From contig NW_024705111.1 of NCBI RefSeq assembly GCF_018977255.1, positions 1 through 64,000 of the forward strand: a DNA stretch of 64,000 bases, given 5' to 3'. Position numbers and translations under genes: made by a program. Under the pieces are notes generated by a model, which was given only the letters and a program-made list of their open reading frames with translations, had not been told where the DNA came from and searched no databases. The first letter of the stretch is position 1; the number at the start of each line of letters is the position of its first letter. This DNA is from Callorhinchus milii. Taxonomy: Eukaryota. Positions 36,165 through 49,346 of the stretch are shown one piece after another.

Positions 36165-36980
36165 GATGTTCTATTCTTTAGTATGTTCCCCAGCTTTTGA
36201 TATTCACCCTGTAGAGCCTTAGCCCTTTTTTTCACCAATATCATCGATCCCAACCTGGACCACCACTTCTGAATGTTCTTCTTCCCCCTGAAGAGTTTTA
36301 TCCACCCGTTCCACGATGTCTCAGACTGTTGCACCGGGCAGGCAGCATACCATCCTTGATTCCCGTCTTCTGTTACAGAAACGCCTGTCTATACCTCTCA
36401 CTGTTGTATACCCTCTGACAGCAGCATTGCTCCTGTTACCTATGTCCTCCTGTTCAACCAATCTGTTTTTACTGTTCTCCCTGGAGATATCAACACTCTC
36501 AATGTTCAGTACAGAGTACCGGTTTGAGAGAGCAACACAATTGGGGGCATTCTGCCCAACCCGTCCCCTCTTCCTACCATGCCGGACAGTCACACAGCCA
36601 TTTTCCGTCTGAACTCTCGGGTGTGTGGGGTGGGGTGACCACCTCCTGACGTGTCTGGCCCATCAAATCCTCACATCCGTTGTACAAGTTTGAAGCCCAA
36701 GGTTCGATCACCCCTCTCAGGGGTCCCATTATCTGCAGGACTGATGAAACCATCCTATCCTTGAGCATTAACCACATACAAGCATCTCCCGAGCCTCAGG
36801 GGAGTGATGGTTTCCTCCATCATACTGTCCAGGAACCTCTCACTGTCCCTGATGGAGCGCAGTGTCTGCACCTCGGCTTCCGGCTCAGCTCCTCTCAGCT
36901 GGAGCTTCCTGAGCTGCAGACACTTGGTGCAGATCCAGTCGCCCGGGATCAGGGCCCTCCATTAACTCTCACATGTGAGA
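36165..36980 (-). mobile_element. Truncated mirror copy of CR1 ORF1 region
   Basis: Reverse complement of ~23655-24464. Confidence 0.85.
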
Positions 36981-36984
36981 GTGA

Positions 36985-37575
36985 CTCAGTCACTCGGGGC
37001 CTCCGCCCCGAGTGACTGAGTGCTTACCTCAGCCTCCGCCTCCGTCCCGAGTGACCGAGTGCTATCCTCAGCCTCCGCCTCCGCCCCGAGTGACCGAGTG
37101 CTTACCTCAGCCTCTGCCCCGAGTGACCAAGTGCTTACCTCAGCCTCCGCCCCAAGTGACCGAGTGCTATCCTCAGACTCCGCCCCGAGTGACCGAGTGC
37201 TTACCTCAGCCTCCGCCCCGAGTGACCGAGTGCTTACCTCCGCCTTCGCCCCGAGTGACCGAGTGCTATCCTCAGGCTCAGCTCCGAGTGACCGAGTGCT
37301 GACCTCAGCCTCCGCCCCGAGTGACTGAGTGCTTACCCCAGCCTCCGTCTCCGCCCCGAGTGACCGAGTGCTTACCTCAGCCTCCGCCCCGAGTGACCGA
37401 GTGCTTACCTCAGCCTCCGCCTCCGTCCCGTGACCGAGTGCTTACCTCAGCCTCCGCCTCCGTGCCGAGTGACCGAGTGCTTACCTCAGCCTCCGCCTCC
37501 GCCCCGAGTGACCGAGTGCTATCCTCAGCCTCAGCTCCGAGTGACCGAGTGCTGACCTCAGCCTCAGCCTCCGCT
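36985..37575. repeat. Mirror of 22510-23465 minisatellite (shorter)
   Basis: Reverse-complement units. Confidence 0.93.
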
Positions 37576-37589
37576 CTGTCCTGATTGCT

Positions 37590-40500
37590 CTCCCCGAGTG
37601 ACCCTCATCATGACTTCCTGACTTGTGTACTCTATGGCCCTAATTATAAAGCCTCGTGTCCGGATGCTTTTTTAACAGCTGTATCTCCCTGTCCGGCCAC
37701 CTTCAGAGATTTACTATATGACCCCCAGGTCTCTCGGTCCCTTCACCCCTTTAAGATTGTCCCATCAGCTTATATTCCTCTCCTCATTCCTCCTCCCAAA
37801 ATGGATCACTTTGCATTTCTCCCCATTAAACTTCATCTGCCCCGTGTCTGCCCGTGTTACCAGTCTGTCTATGGCCATTTGCAGTCTGTTACTATCCTCC
37901 GCACTGTTTACTGCTTTTCCAGCTTAGTATCATCTGCAAACTTGGGAATTGTCCTCCTATACCCAAGTCCATGTCATTTATATGGATCAAAAACAGCAGT
38001 GGCCCCAATACTGACCCCCTGGGGGACACCACTGCTCACTTCCCTCCAGTCAGAAAAACAACTGTTCACCACCACTCTGTGCTTTCTGTCTCCCAGACAG
38101 TTCTGTATCCGCTGCCACTGTCCCTTTAATCCCGGGGGCTTCTGTTTTACTAACAAGTCTCTGATGTGTCACTTTATCAAATGCCTTTTGAAAATCTGTA
38201 TAAACGACATCAACTGCACTCCCTTCATCCACCCTCTCCGTTACTTCATCAAAAAATCATCAGGTTTGTTAGACATGATCGGTCTTTAACAATTTCATGT
38301 TGACTGTTCTTTATTAACCCATATTTTTCTAAATGAAAGTTTATATTGTCCCGGATTATAGTCTCCAGAAGTTTCCCCACTACTGACGTTAGGCACTGGC
38401 CTGTAGTTCCCGAGTTTATCCTTCTGCCCCTTTTTGTATATTTGCAACTCCTCAGTCCTCTGGCACCACCCTGGTGTCCAAGGAGGATTGAAAGATTGTG
38501 GCCAGAGCCTCCGCTGTTTCCACCATTGCTTCCCTCAGTAACCTAGGATGCATCCGTCCGGACCAGGTGACTTATCTACGTGAGTACCTCCTCTTCTTTT
38601 ATTCTTATCCAATTTCTCTCCCCTCTCCTCCCATACTGTGGCATTGGCTGCATCCTCTTTGTTTGTAAAGACAGATGCAAAGTCCTCATTCAATACGTCA
38701 GTTGTGCCCTCGACTCCACAAGAAGATTTCCTCTTTGGTCCCTAATTGGACCCCACCCCTACCTTTGACTAACCTTTTATTCTTTATATGCTTTAAAAGA
38801 CCTTAGGTTCCCTCTTATGTTACCCACTAATCTTATCTCATATAATTTCTTTGCCTCTTATTTCCTTTTTCAGTTCTCCTCTGTAGTTTAACATAACATA
38901 ACATGTAGGAGCAGGAGGAGGCCATTCGGCCCTTCGAGCCTTTGCCCCACCATTCAATGGCTGATCTTCTAATCTAACTCCAGCTAATAACCTGACCCTA
39001 CCTTATCCCCATATGCCCCCAAACCCAGCCTCCACCCCCCCCTGCCTTATCCCCATATCCCCCCCACCCCAGCCAGCCTCCCCCTCTCCCCCAGCCTCCC
39101 CACCCCCTGCCTTATCCCCATATCCCCCCCCACCCCAGCCAGCCTCCCCCCCCCCCCCCGCCTTATCCCCATTCCCTTAATCCCTTTTGCAATAAGAAAC
39201 CTATCCATCTCAGTCTTGAATATGTTCGAGGACTGAGCGTCAACAGCCCTTTGGGGTAGTGAGTTCCATACATTCACTGCCCTTTGAGTGAAGAAGTTCT
39301 TCCTCTACTCAGTGCGAAAGGGTTGGCCTCTGATTTTAAGGTTGTGACCCCTGGTTTTAGTTTCTCCAACCGGGGGACGCAATCTCCCACTATCTGCTCT
39401 ATCATGGCCTTTGATGATCTTATAGGTTTCTATAACATCCCTCTAATTTTTCTATATTCTAGAGAATATAGGCCCAAATTGGTCAGCCTCTCCTCGTAAC
39501 TCATCCCCTTCATCCCTGGCACTAACCCAGTAAATCTACGCTGCACCCCCTCCAAGGCAAGTACATCCTTCCTTAAATGGGGAGACCAAAACTGGACACA
39601 GTATTCCAGGTGTGGTCTCACCAGGGCCCTATACAGTGGCAGCAAGACTTCCCTACTCTTATACTCTAATCCTTTCATAATGAACGCTAACATACCGTTC
39701 GCCTTCCTAATCGCTGCCGCACCTGCAGACTAACTTTCTGTGATTGTGTACAAGGACACCCAAGTCCCTCTGGACGCTGACACATTCCAATCTCTCCCCT
39801 TCTAAACAATAACCCGCTCTACTGTTTTTGCTCCGGAGGTGGATGACTTCTCACTTCCCTACATTATACTTCATGTCCCACCTACCTGCCCAATCACCTA
39901 ACCTATCTATGTCGCGCTGCATTTTTTTAATGTCGTCCTCTGTGTTGGCACTTCCTCTTAGTTTTGTGTCATCCGCAAATTTAGATATATTAACTTTGAT
40001 GTCCTCATCAAGATCGTTGATATAGATGGTAAATAGCTGAGGCCCAAGGACTGATCCTTGTGGCACTCCAGTAGTCACATCCCGCCAATCTGAAAAGGAC
40101 CCGTTTATCCTACTCTTTGTTTCCCACCCGTTAACCATTCCCCAATCCACGTTAATATGTTCCCCCCAATTCCATGGGCCCTTATCTTTTGGACTAACCT
40201 TTTATGCGGCACCTTATCGAATGCCTTCTGGAAGTCCAAATAGACCACAACAATGATTCACCCTTATCGAGTTTACTGGAAATATCCTCAAAAAACTCTG
40301 AGATTTGTCAAACGTGACCTCCCTTTTGTAAAGCCATGTTGACTTGGCCTAATTATATTGTGCCCTAAATACCACACTACCACATCCTTAATCAATGTGG
40401 AGTCCTGTAGCTCAGTGGTTAGAGCACTCGCTTTGCGAGCGAGAGACCTGAGTTCAATCCCCGGGGGGTCAGGGCCAAACCTCGGGCAAGTTTCCTTACT

Positions 40501-43500
40501 CCACACAGAGCCTAATAATAATCCTCCAAAACCAAAAACAATAATAAATTGGTCATTTTCAATCTACGACTGTTTGTGGGACATTGCTGTGCGCAATTGG
40601 CTGCCGCGTTCGCCCACAAATATACAGTCAATTCACTTTACAGTGTGTTCTGTGAAGCGCTATGGGATGTCCTTCCGACGTGAAAAGCGCTATATCAAAT
40701 GCAAGGATTATTATTATTAATGATTCTAACATTTTTCCTATCACTGATGTGAGACTAATTGCCTTATAGTTCCCCATCTTTTCCTTTCCACCTTTTTTAA
40801 ATAGTGGTGTGACATTTGCGATCTTCCAATCCATGGGACTGTTCCAGAATCCAAGGAATTTTGGAAGATCAGACACAAGGCCTCCACTATCTCATAAGCT
40901 CCTCTTTTAAAACCCTGGAATCCGGACCAGGGATTTGTCACATTTTAGTGCTAACAGTTTCCCAACACCAATTCTCTACTAATGAAAATTTCCCTAAGTT
41001 GCTCCCTGTCCTTATCCCTTTGGTGCATCTGTATTGCTGACAGACTGGTTGTGTCTTCTCGGGTGAAGACAGATGCAAAGTACCCATTAGGGACTCTGCC
41101 GTGTCCTTATCCCCCATTACAACTTCTCCCGTCTCTGACTGTAGTGGACCTACATTTACCTCACAGCCTATTCCTCTTAATGTATTTGTAAAAACTTTTA
41201 CAATCAGACTTAGTGTTCATCGCTCGCTTACCCTCATACTCCTTTTTCTCGCTCTTAATGAGTTTTTTAGTTTTATTTTGCTGGTTTCTAAAACTCTCCC
41301 AATCTTCAGATTTGCTGCTTTTCTTGGCAGTTTTATAAGCCTTTTCTTTTAATTTGATGCTTTCCCTAACTGCTCTAGTTAGCCACGGATGAATTGCTTT
41401 CCCTGTGGTACTCTTATTCCGCAAGGGAATATGCGACCGCTGAGAATTATGCACTACATCCTTAAATATTTGCCACTGTTGGTCTACATTTTTACCTCTT
41501 AATCTTATTCTCCAGTCTATTTTACCTAAATCTTTCCTCATACCTACAAAATTAGCCCTATTTAAATTCAGAATACTTGCCTCGGATTTAACTATATCCC
41601 TCTCTAACTTAATGCAGAATTCAATCATATTGTGATCACTCTGCCCTCGAGGATTCTTAATACCTACACTGCCAACTCGCCGTTTCGTTACACAAAACAA
41701 GGTCTAGGATGGCCTGTCCCAGTTGGTTCCTCGGCTGCTCTAGAAAGTTATCTCTCATACACTCAATGAACTCTTCTTCTGACCTACTTTTGCCGATTTG
41801 GTTTTCCCAATCTATGTGGAGATTGAAATCACCCACTATTATCGCTTTACCTTTCCTACACTCCACTGATTTCCTGATTGATACCTGTGATGGCTGTTTG
41901 GGGTCTATAAACCACTCCCATTAATATTTTCTGCCCTTTATTATTTTTTATTTCCACCCATATTGTCTCTACCTCCTGGTCATCGGATTTCAGATCCTTC
42001 CTCTCCACTGCTTTTATTTCATCCCTAATTAACAGGGCTCTCCCCCCCCCCCCCCACCTTGTTTCCCACAGTGCCTGTCTTTCCTGTAAACTGAGAACCC
42101 TGGAATATTTAACTCTACCCTCGATCTCCTTGAAACGACGTTTCAGTGATGGACACTCGATCGTACCCATATGTGTGTATCTGTGCCTTTAGTTCATCAA
42201 TTTTATTTTGAATGCTTCGTGCATTCAGCTATAACATTTTTAATTTCCTACCATTTCCTCTACTCTCTGATTCCTTATCTGCTTTGCCAAAGCTTCTTAC
42301 CCCTCGTTAACATATTCCTATTATCTGCTGCTATTCTGCACTGTCATCTTTACTGTTTCTAATGCTAACTTATGGTTTCTCTTACCTATATATTCCCCCC
42401 TTTACCAGTTTAAATTCCTACTTATTTCCCTGTTAATTCATTTAGCTCGGACATTTGTCCCAGCCCGATTTAAATGCAGCCTCTTCTCTGAAAGAGCTCT
42501 CTTTTCCCCAATACTCGTGCCAATGGCTCATAAAAAGAACCCCTGAGTTCCGCACCACTCTTTCAGCCACGCGTTGCAGTCCTTAATTTGTTTGTTCCTG
42601 TACCAGTTGTCATACGGTACAGGCAGTAGTCCCGATATTACCGCCTTCGATGATCTCGCCTTCAATTTGGACCCCAGCTCTTCGAATTCCCTTCTCAAGT
42701 CATCTTGGTCGACTCTACTGATGTCATTGGTACTGATGTGAAGTACCACCAACGGATCCTTACCCTCGTATTTTAAGTTATCCTCTCGCCCTGCCGAGAC
42801 CTCCTTCACCCCGGCCCCAGGGAGGCAGCGAAGCCTTTGGTTGGGGTTGCAGATGATGGCGTCTGTCTGTCTAACAGACTCGTCACCAATGACGACAACT
42901 ATCCGCTCGTTTGCCCCAGTGTTAGAGATAGTTTTTCCTGCCCCCTCACCGGCTTCCTTGTCGATACAAGTTCCAAGGATCTCATACGTGTTGTTCCAGG
43001 TTAATGCCGGATTTACTACCACTCTTTCCGTTGTCCCCCGACCTCCTGACTGTCCATTGACCTATCCTGACCATAATCAATGTTGAGCGTATATTCCCTC
43101 AGGGGAGTGACTGGCTCCAGGATGTCGCTATCCAGGAAGCACTCACTGTCTCTGATACTCCGCAGTGTCTGCACCTCGGACTCCAGCTCCGCCACTCTGA
43201 CACTCTGAGCCACTCCGCCACTCTGAGCTGGAGCTGCCTCAGTTGCAGACATCTTCTGCAGATGTGGTCGCCCGGGGTCAGACTGCCCTCCGTCAGCTCC
43301 CACATGGCACACTCCTCACATAACACCTGCCGGGCCATTGTCACCTCTTCCAACTTGAGTTAGTTAGTTAACTTAAGTTAAATAATTTTTAATTTAATCA
43401 AGTTGATCCAATTAAGTTGATCAAGTTAAGTTAAATCAATCAAGGTAAGTTAATCAAGTTAATTCCGTGGTGTGTGATGTGTTGATAGTTGTTACTGTTA

Positions 43501-44420
43501 GTCTGTAGTTAGTGTTGATATTGACGTTGCTCTGATGTCACTTTTAATTTTCTCACTGTTTTTTATCCGCTGACACTGCCTGCTCTCCTCGCCCCGCCCC
43601 TCGCCCCGCCCTCACCCTGCCCCACCCTTCGCCCTGCCCCACCTCTCGCCCCTCGCCCTGCCCCTCGGCCCTCACCCCTCGGCCCTCGCTCTCCTGCCGC
43701 TGACTGGCTAACTATATTCTATTTGATTATCTTCTGTATTGTGGACCTGACATTTATCATAAGCCTCCCTTTTCTGGTTTTAATCCAAATTTCCTTATTC
43801 ATCCAGGGAGGTTTGGATGCCCTCCTTTCCCACTTGTGGGAATGTATTTGTTCTGTCCCCAAACTATCTCCTCATTGAAGGCTTCCCATTGCTCATTTTA
43901 CCTGCCAATCTTTCTTTCCAGTCCACCTTGGTTGGCCCCTCTTTAACTCATTGATATTTGCACTCTTCCAGTTGACTACCTTTACCTTTGATTGCTCCTT
44001 GTCCCTGGCCATAAATACTCTAAACCTAATGATGTTGTGATCACTGTTTTCCAGATCCTCTCCTCCTAAAACCTGCGCCACTTCATTCCCCAAAACTAGA
44101 CACAGCACTTCTTCCTTCCTCGTTGGACTGGAAACATACTGATCTGAAAGTTATCCAGCACACATTTCAGGAATCCTTGCCCTTTACCCTGTTATTTTGC
44201 CAGTCTATGTGAGAATAATTGAAGTCTCCCATTATCACTACTCTATTGGTTTTGCAGATTTGCTCATCTATCTCCTTCCCACTATTTGGAGGTCTGTAGT
44301 ACACACCTAACAGTAACAGCTCCTTTTCTGCTCCTTAACTCTAACCAAATAGATTTTTGTGCCCTGTAGTACATTGTCCCTTTCTAGGGCCATAACCGTG
44401 TTTTTAATCGCCTTAGCGGA
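37590..44420 (-). mobile_element. Mirror nested CR1s (host 37590-38889 and 43714-44420; near full-length insert 38890-43713; SINE 40397-40719 +)
   Basis: Same motifs as 15660-22500 on the opposite strand. Confidence 0.9.
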
Positions 44421-44743
44421 GGTGAGTTGAGGAAACATGTCTTCACTCGGAGGGTAGTGAATTTGTGGCATTCTCTTCCCCAGAGGAGTGGATACTCAGT
44501 CCTTGAACATATTCAAGACTGAGGTTGATAAATTTCTGAAGGATAGAGGGATTTAAGGGATATGGCAGGTAAATGGAATTAGGTTAGAGGATCAGCCATG
44601 ATCTTATTAAATGGCGGGGCAGGCTCGAGGGGCTGAATGGCCTACTCCTGCTCCTACGTCTTATGGTCTTATGGAACCGGAAGCTCTGCTTTCTGCACCA
44701 TATCTCCAGCCATGAATTCATGCATTTGATCTACTGTTTTGAT

Positions 44744-47700
44744 AACAACAACAACTTGGATTTATATAGCGCCCTCACACCCAACAGCGTCTCAGAGCAC
44801 GTCACAGTAACGGGGCCGAGCCAGGGGGAGGGGGAGGAGCCAGAGGGAGGCGGAGCCATGGCAGGGGAGGAGCCAGGGGAGGGGAGGAGCCAGGGAGGGG
44901 GAGGAACTGGGGGAGGGGGAGGGACAGGAGTCAGGGGGAGGAGTCAAGAGGAGGGGGAGGAGCCATGGCAGGGGAGGAGCCAGGGGAGGGGAGGGGCCAG
45001 GGAGGGGGAGGAGCTAGGTGAGGGGGAGGAGCCCGGAGAGGGGGAGGGGCAGGTGCCAGGGGGAGGAGCCAGGGGGGGGCAGGTGTCAGGGGGAGGGGCC
45101 AGGGGGAGGGGCCAGGGGGAGGGGGAGGAGCCAGGGTTAGTGGGGAAGGTGACCAAAGGTCGAAAAGAAGGGTCTTCAGCTGAGACCTGAGAATGGGAAG
45201 AGAGGGGATGAGGGGAAGGGAGTGAGGGAGGGAGTTCCAGAGCCTCGGGACGCAGTGGCTGAAGGCACAGCCACCGATGGGGGAGCGGAGGCCTCGGGGG
45301 ACGAGGAGGAGGTCAGACCTGAGGAACAAAGGCAATGGGTACTGTTGTGAGGAGAGAGGAGGTCAGAGAGGTCGGAGGGGCAGAGGAGTGGAGGGATTTG
45401 AAGACAAGAGTGAGGATCTTGAAGTGGATCCTCTCCGGGACAGGAGCCGGTGCAGTCTGACCAGGACTGGGGGGATCGGGGAGTGGGGTTTGGGGGTGGG
45501 GGGGTGGGAGGGCCAGGACAGGGGGGATCGGGGAGTGGGCTTTGGGTGTGGGGGGAGGGCCAGGACTGGGGGGATCGGGCAGTGGGGTTTTGGGTGTGGG
45601 GGGTAGGGCCAGGACTGGGGGGATCAGGCAGTGGGGTTTGGGTGTGGGGGGTAGGGCCAGGACTGGGGGATCAGGCAGTGGGGTTTGGGTGTGGGGGGGA
45701 GGGCCAGGACTGGGGGGATCAGGCAGTGGGGTTTGGGTGTGGGTGGGGGGAGGGCCAGGACTGGGGGGATCGGGGAGTGGGGTTGGGTGTGGGGGAGGCC
45801 AGGACTGGGGGGATCGGGGAGTGGGGTTTGGGTGTGGGGGGAGGGCCAGGACTGGGGGGATCGGGGAGAGGGGTTTGGGTGTGGGGGGAGGGCCAGGACT
45901 GGGGGATCGGGAGAGGGGTTTGGGTGTGGGGGGAGGGCCAGGACTGGGGGGATCGGGGAGAGGGGTTTGGGTGTGGGGGGAGGGCCAGGACTGGGGGGAT
46001 CGGGGAGAGGGGTTTGGGTGTGGGGGGAGGGCCAGGACTGGCGGGATCGGGGAGTGGGGTTGGGTGTGGGGGGAGGGCCAGGACTGGGGGGATCGGGGAG
46101 TGGGTTTGGGTGTGGGGGGAGGGCCAGGACTGGGGGGATCGGGGAGTGGGGTGTGGGTGTGGGGGGAGGGCCAGGACTGGGGGGATCGGGGAGAGGGGTT
46201 TGGGTGTGGGGGGAGGGCCAGGACTGGGGGGATCGGGGAGAGGGGTTTGGTGCGGGTGAGAATGCGGGCGGCAGAGGTTTGAATGATCAGGATTTGATGG
46301 ATGGCAGTGGAGGGGAGGCCGGTGAGGAGGGCGTTAGAGTAGTGCAGCCGAGAGGTGACAAAGGCCTGGACCAGGGTTTCAGTGGCTTTTGGGGAGAGGT
46401 ATTGGCGGAGACGGACGATGTGTTGGATGTGGAAGAAGGCGGTGCTGGTGAGGGACCGGATGTGGGGGAGGAAGGATAACTGGGGGTCGAACCTGATGCC
46501 TGGGTTGCGTATGGTTGCGTATGGGTTCGGAGAGTTTTAGGGGGAGGTCGGGCAGGTGGAGGAGGTGAGAACCGTGAGATTTCAGACGTTGACGAGAGCC
46601 AAAGAGTATGGCTTCCGTCTTGTCAACGTTCAGCTGAAGGAAGTTTGCGCTCATCCAACCCCTGAGGTCTGACAGGCAGAACATTGGGGGACTGGGGGGG
46701 GCGCAAAGTGAGGTGGAAAAATAGATTTGAGTGTCATCCGCGTACATGTGGAAATGTACCCCATGTCTGCGGATGTCATCCCCAAGAGGGAGCATGTAGG
46801 TCAGAAAGAGGAGGGGGACCAGGATGGATCCTTGGGGTACCCGCAGGTGACCGGGTGAGAGCGGAAGGAGAAGCTATTTGTGCAGATGAACTGCTGGTGG
46901 TTTGTGAGGTAGGACTCGAACCGGGCGAGTGCGGTCCCACTGAGGTGGATAACGAAGGAAAGGCGGTGGAGGAGGATGGAGTGATCGACTGTGTCAAACA
47001 TGACAGAGAGGTCCAGGAGGACAAGGAGGCAGAGGGAGCCCCGGTCACAGATAGAGAGGATGTCATTTGTGACTTTCACGAGCGCAGTCTCTGTACTGTC
47101 CGGTGGGCGGAAACCGGACTGGAGGGGTTCGAAGAGGGAGTGGGAGGAGAGGTGTGCGCGGAGTTGGTTGGCAACAACGCGATCTAGAACTTTTGCGAGG
47201 AAGGGCAGGTTAGATATATGGCGATAGTGGCCGGGGTTTGAGGGATCTAGGGAGGGTTTCTTGAGGAGGGGGGTGATGACAGCAGTTTTGAGGGGTCAGG
47301 GACTGATCCAGAGGAGAGGGTCTGGTTGATGACGTCAGCCAGTAGTGGGCAGAGGAGGGGGAGCTGTGTGACCAGCAAGTTGGTGGGGAAGGGGTCGAGG
47401 CAGCAGGTGGTGGGTTTCATTGAAGTGGTGGTTGGTGAGAAAGAGGAGGGAGAGATGGGGAGGAATGAGTGAAGGATGAGGGTTGTTGTATCGGGGGGAA
47501 CGGGTGGGATTGGAGACAGTGGTTGTACCAGGGGGATCGGGAGGGTTTGGAGATGGTGGTTGTACCAGGGGGATCGGGTGGGTTTGGAGATGGTTGTTGT
47601 ACCAGGGGGATCGGGTGGGTTTGGAGATGGTTGTTGTACCAGGGGGATCGGGAGGGTTTGGAGATGGTTGTTGTACCAGGGGGATCGGGAGGGTTTGGAG

Positions 47701-49346
47701 ATGGTTGTTGTACCAGGGGGATCGGGAGGGTTTGGAGATGGTTGTTGTACCAGGGGGATCGGGTGGGTTTGGAGATGGTTGTCAGACCAGGGGGATCGGG
47801 TGGGTTTGGAGATGGTTGTTGTACCAGGGGGATCGGGTGGGTTTGGAGATGGTTGTTGTACTGGGGGGATCGGGTGGGTTTGGAGATGGTCCTGGATTTT
47901 AGGGGGAAGAGGGAGTTGAAGGTGGATGAGGGATGATCAGGGAGCAACTGGACGGCTGCTTTAGGATCTCTGTGCGTGGAAGGCCAGAGGGATAGGATGT
48001 TTGATGATGAGAGGGCGTTTGTGAGGGTCTCAGGGGGTAGCCTTTTCCACGGGTGGTAGATAATGGTTGAGGGCTTGGTGGAGGAGAGAGGGATGTGAGA
48101 GGAGAATGAGATGAGGAAGTGATCCGAAATGGCCTTGTCCACTGTGCTAAGGTCGGAAATGTCAAGGCCGTGGGTAATGACGAGGTCGAGGGCATGACCA
48201 AGGTTGTGGGTGGGTGAGTTTATGCGAAGGATGAGGTTTAAGGAGAGGAGGACAGTGAAATCGGCAGAAGTGGTGTAAGGGGAGTTTAGGTGGAGATTGA
48301 AATCGCCCATTATGAGCAGGCGCTTGGAGCAGAGGGACAGGGAAGAGAGGAGAGTAGAGATGTAGAGAGGAAGGAGCCGGGGGGCTTAGGGGCGGGTAGA
48401 CGAGGAGGATTTTCAATGGGAGAGAGGGATGGAAGAGGGTGAGGTTCTTGAAGGAGGGGAAGCAGCCAGAGGAGTAGGGAGTGAGGCCAAGGGAGGCTTT
48501 GGAGATGAGGTCTACCCCGCCACCATGTTGATTTGGCCGGGGGGTGTGGTGAAGGTGTAGCCTGGAGGGGAGGCTTCAACTCGGGGGAAGGGGACATTGG
48601 GGAGAGCCATGTTTCGATGAACCCAAGAATGTCGAGGTGATCATCCAGGATGAGGTCATGGGTGGTGAGGGCTTTGTTAGAGAGGGAACGGACATTTTGA
48701 AAGGAAAAGCGGGTGGGTTTGCTGGTGGTGAGGAAAGGGAGGAGAGAGTGATGCGGAGAGGATTTGGGGGCGTACAGGGAGATGGCTGTAGAGAGTGGTG
48801 TGAATGGAGAGTTGTGGAGGTCTACGTATGATGGAGGGGGAAGTTGTGTTTGCCTTAAGGAGGCGGTTTGAGCGGAGGGAGTGAGTAATGGGACACGTGG
48901 GGTGGCTGCTCTGGGACAGCCAGTGCCGGGAGCCACGAAGAGCCCGGTGGAGGATGCCGAGGCTGGAGCAGAGGGCAGCGGTGATGGGGTCGTGGAGAGA
49001 GAGAAGGCGGGGAGGGCGGTGGGAGAGAAGGTCAGAGGGGGAGTAGCGGATAGAGGGGGGTGGGAGGAGAGACATTGAGGGGTGGGAGGAGAGACATTTA
49101 GAGTGGAGGGGGAGGCTCGGGCGGGGAGCACACAGAGACCGGGAGCGAGCAATAAGTGGGTTGGCATCAGCCCTCAGGCTGTGTGGTGATGGCTGGGATG
49201 GCAGTGACCGGGGCTGCCAGGCCATTTTTTAGTTATGACGTCATGCCAAAATCACTTTTGTAGATGTGCGACACCCCTCACCTCGTGGGGTTTTAATACC
49301 CGCTGCTAGGCCTCAGCTCCACTCCTCCTCCTTGACTCCGCTCCCG
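44744..49346 (-). mobile_element. Mirror long L2 with internal minisatellites (~45455-46250, ~47520-47900)
   Basis: Reverse complement of 10635-15331; [14 protein letters not shown]. Confidence 0.9.
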
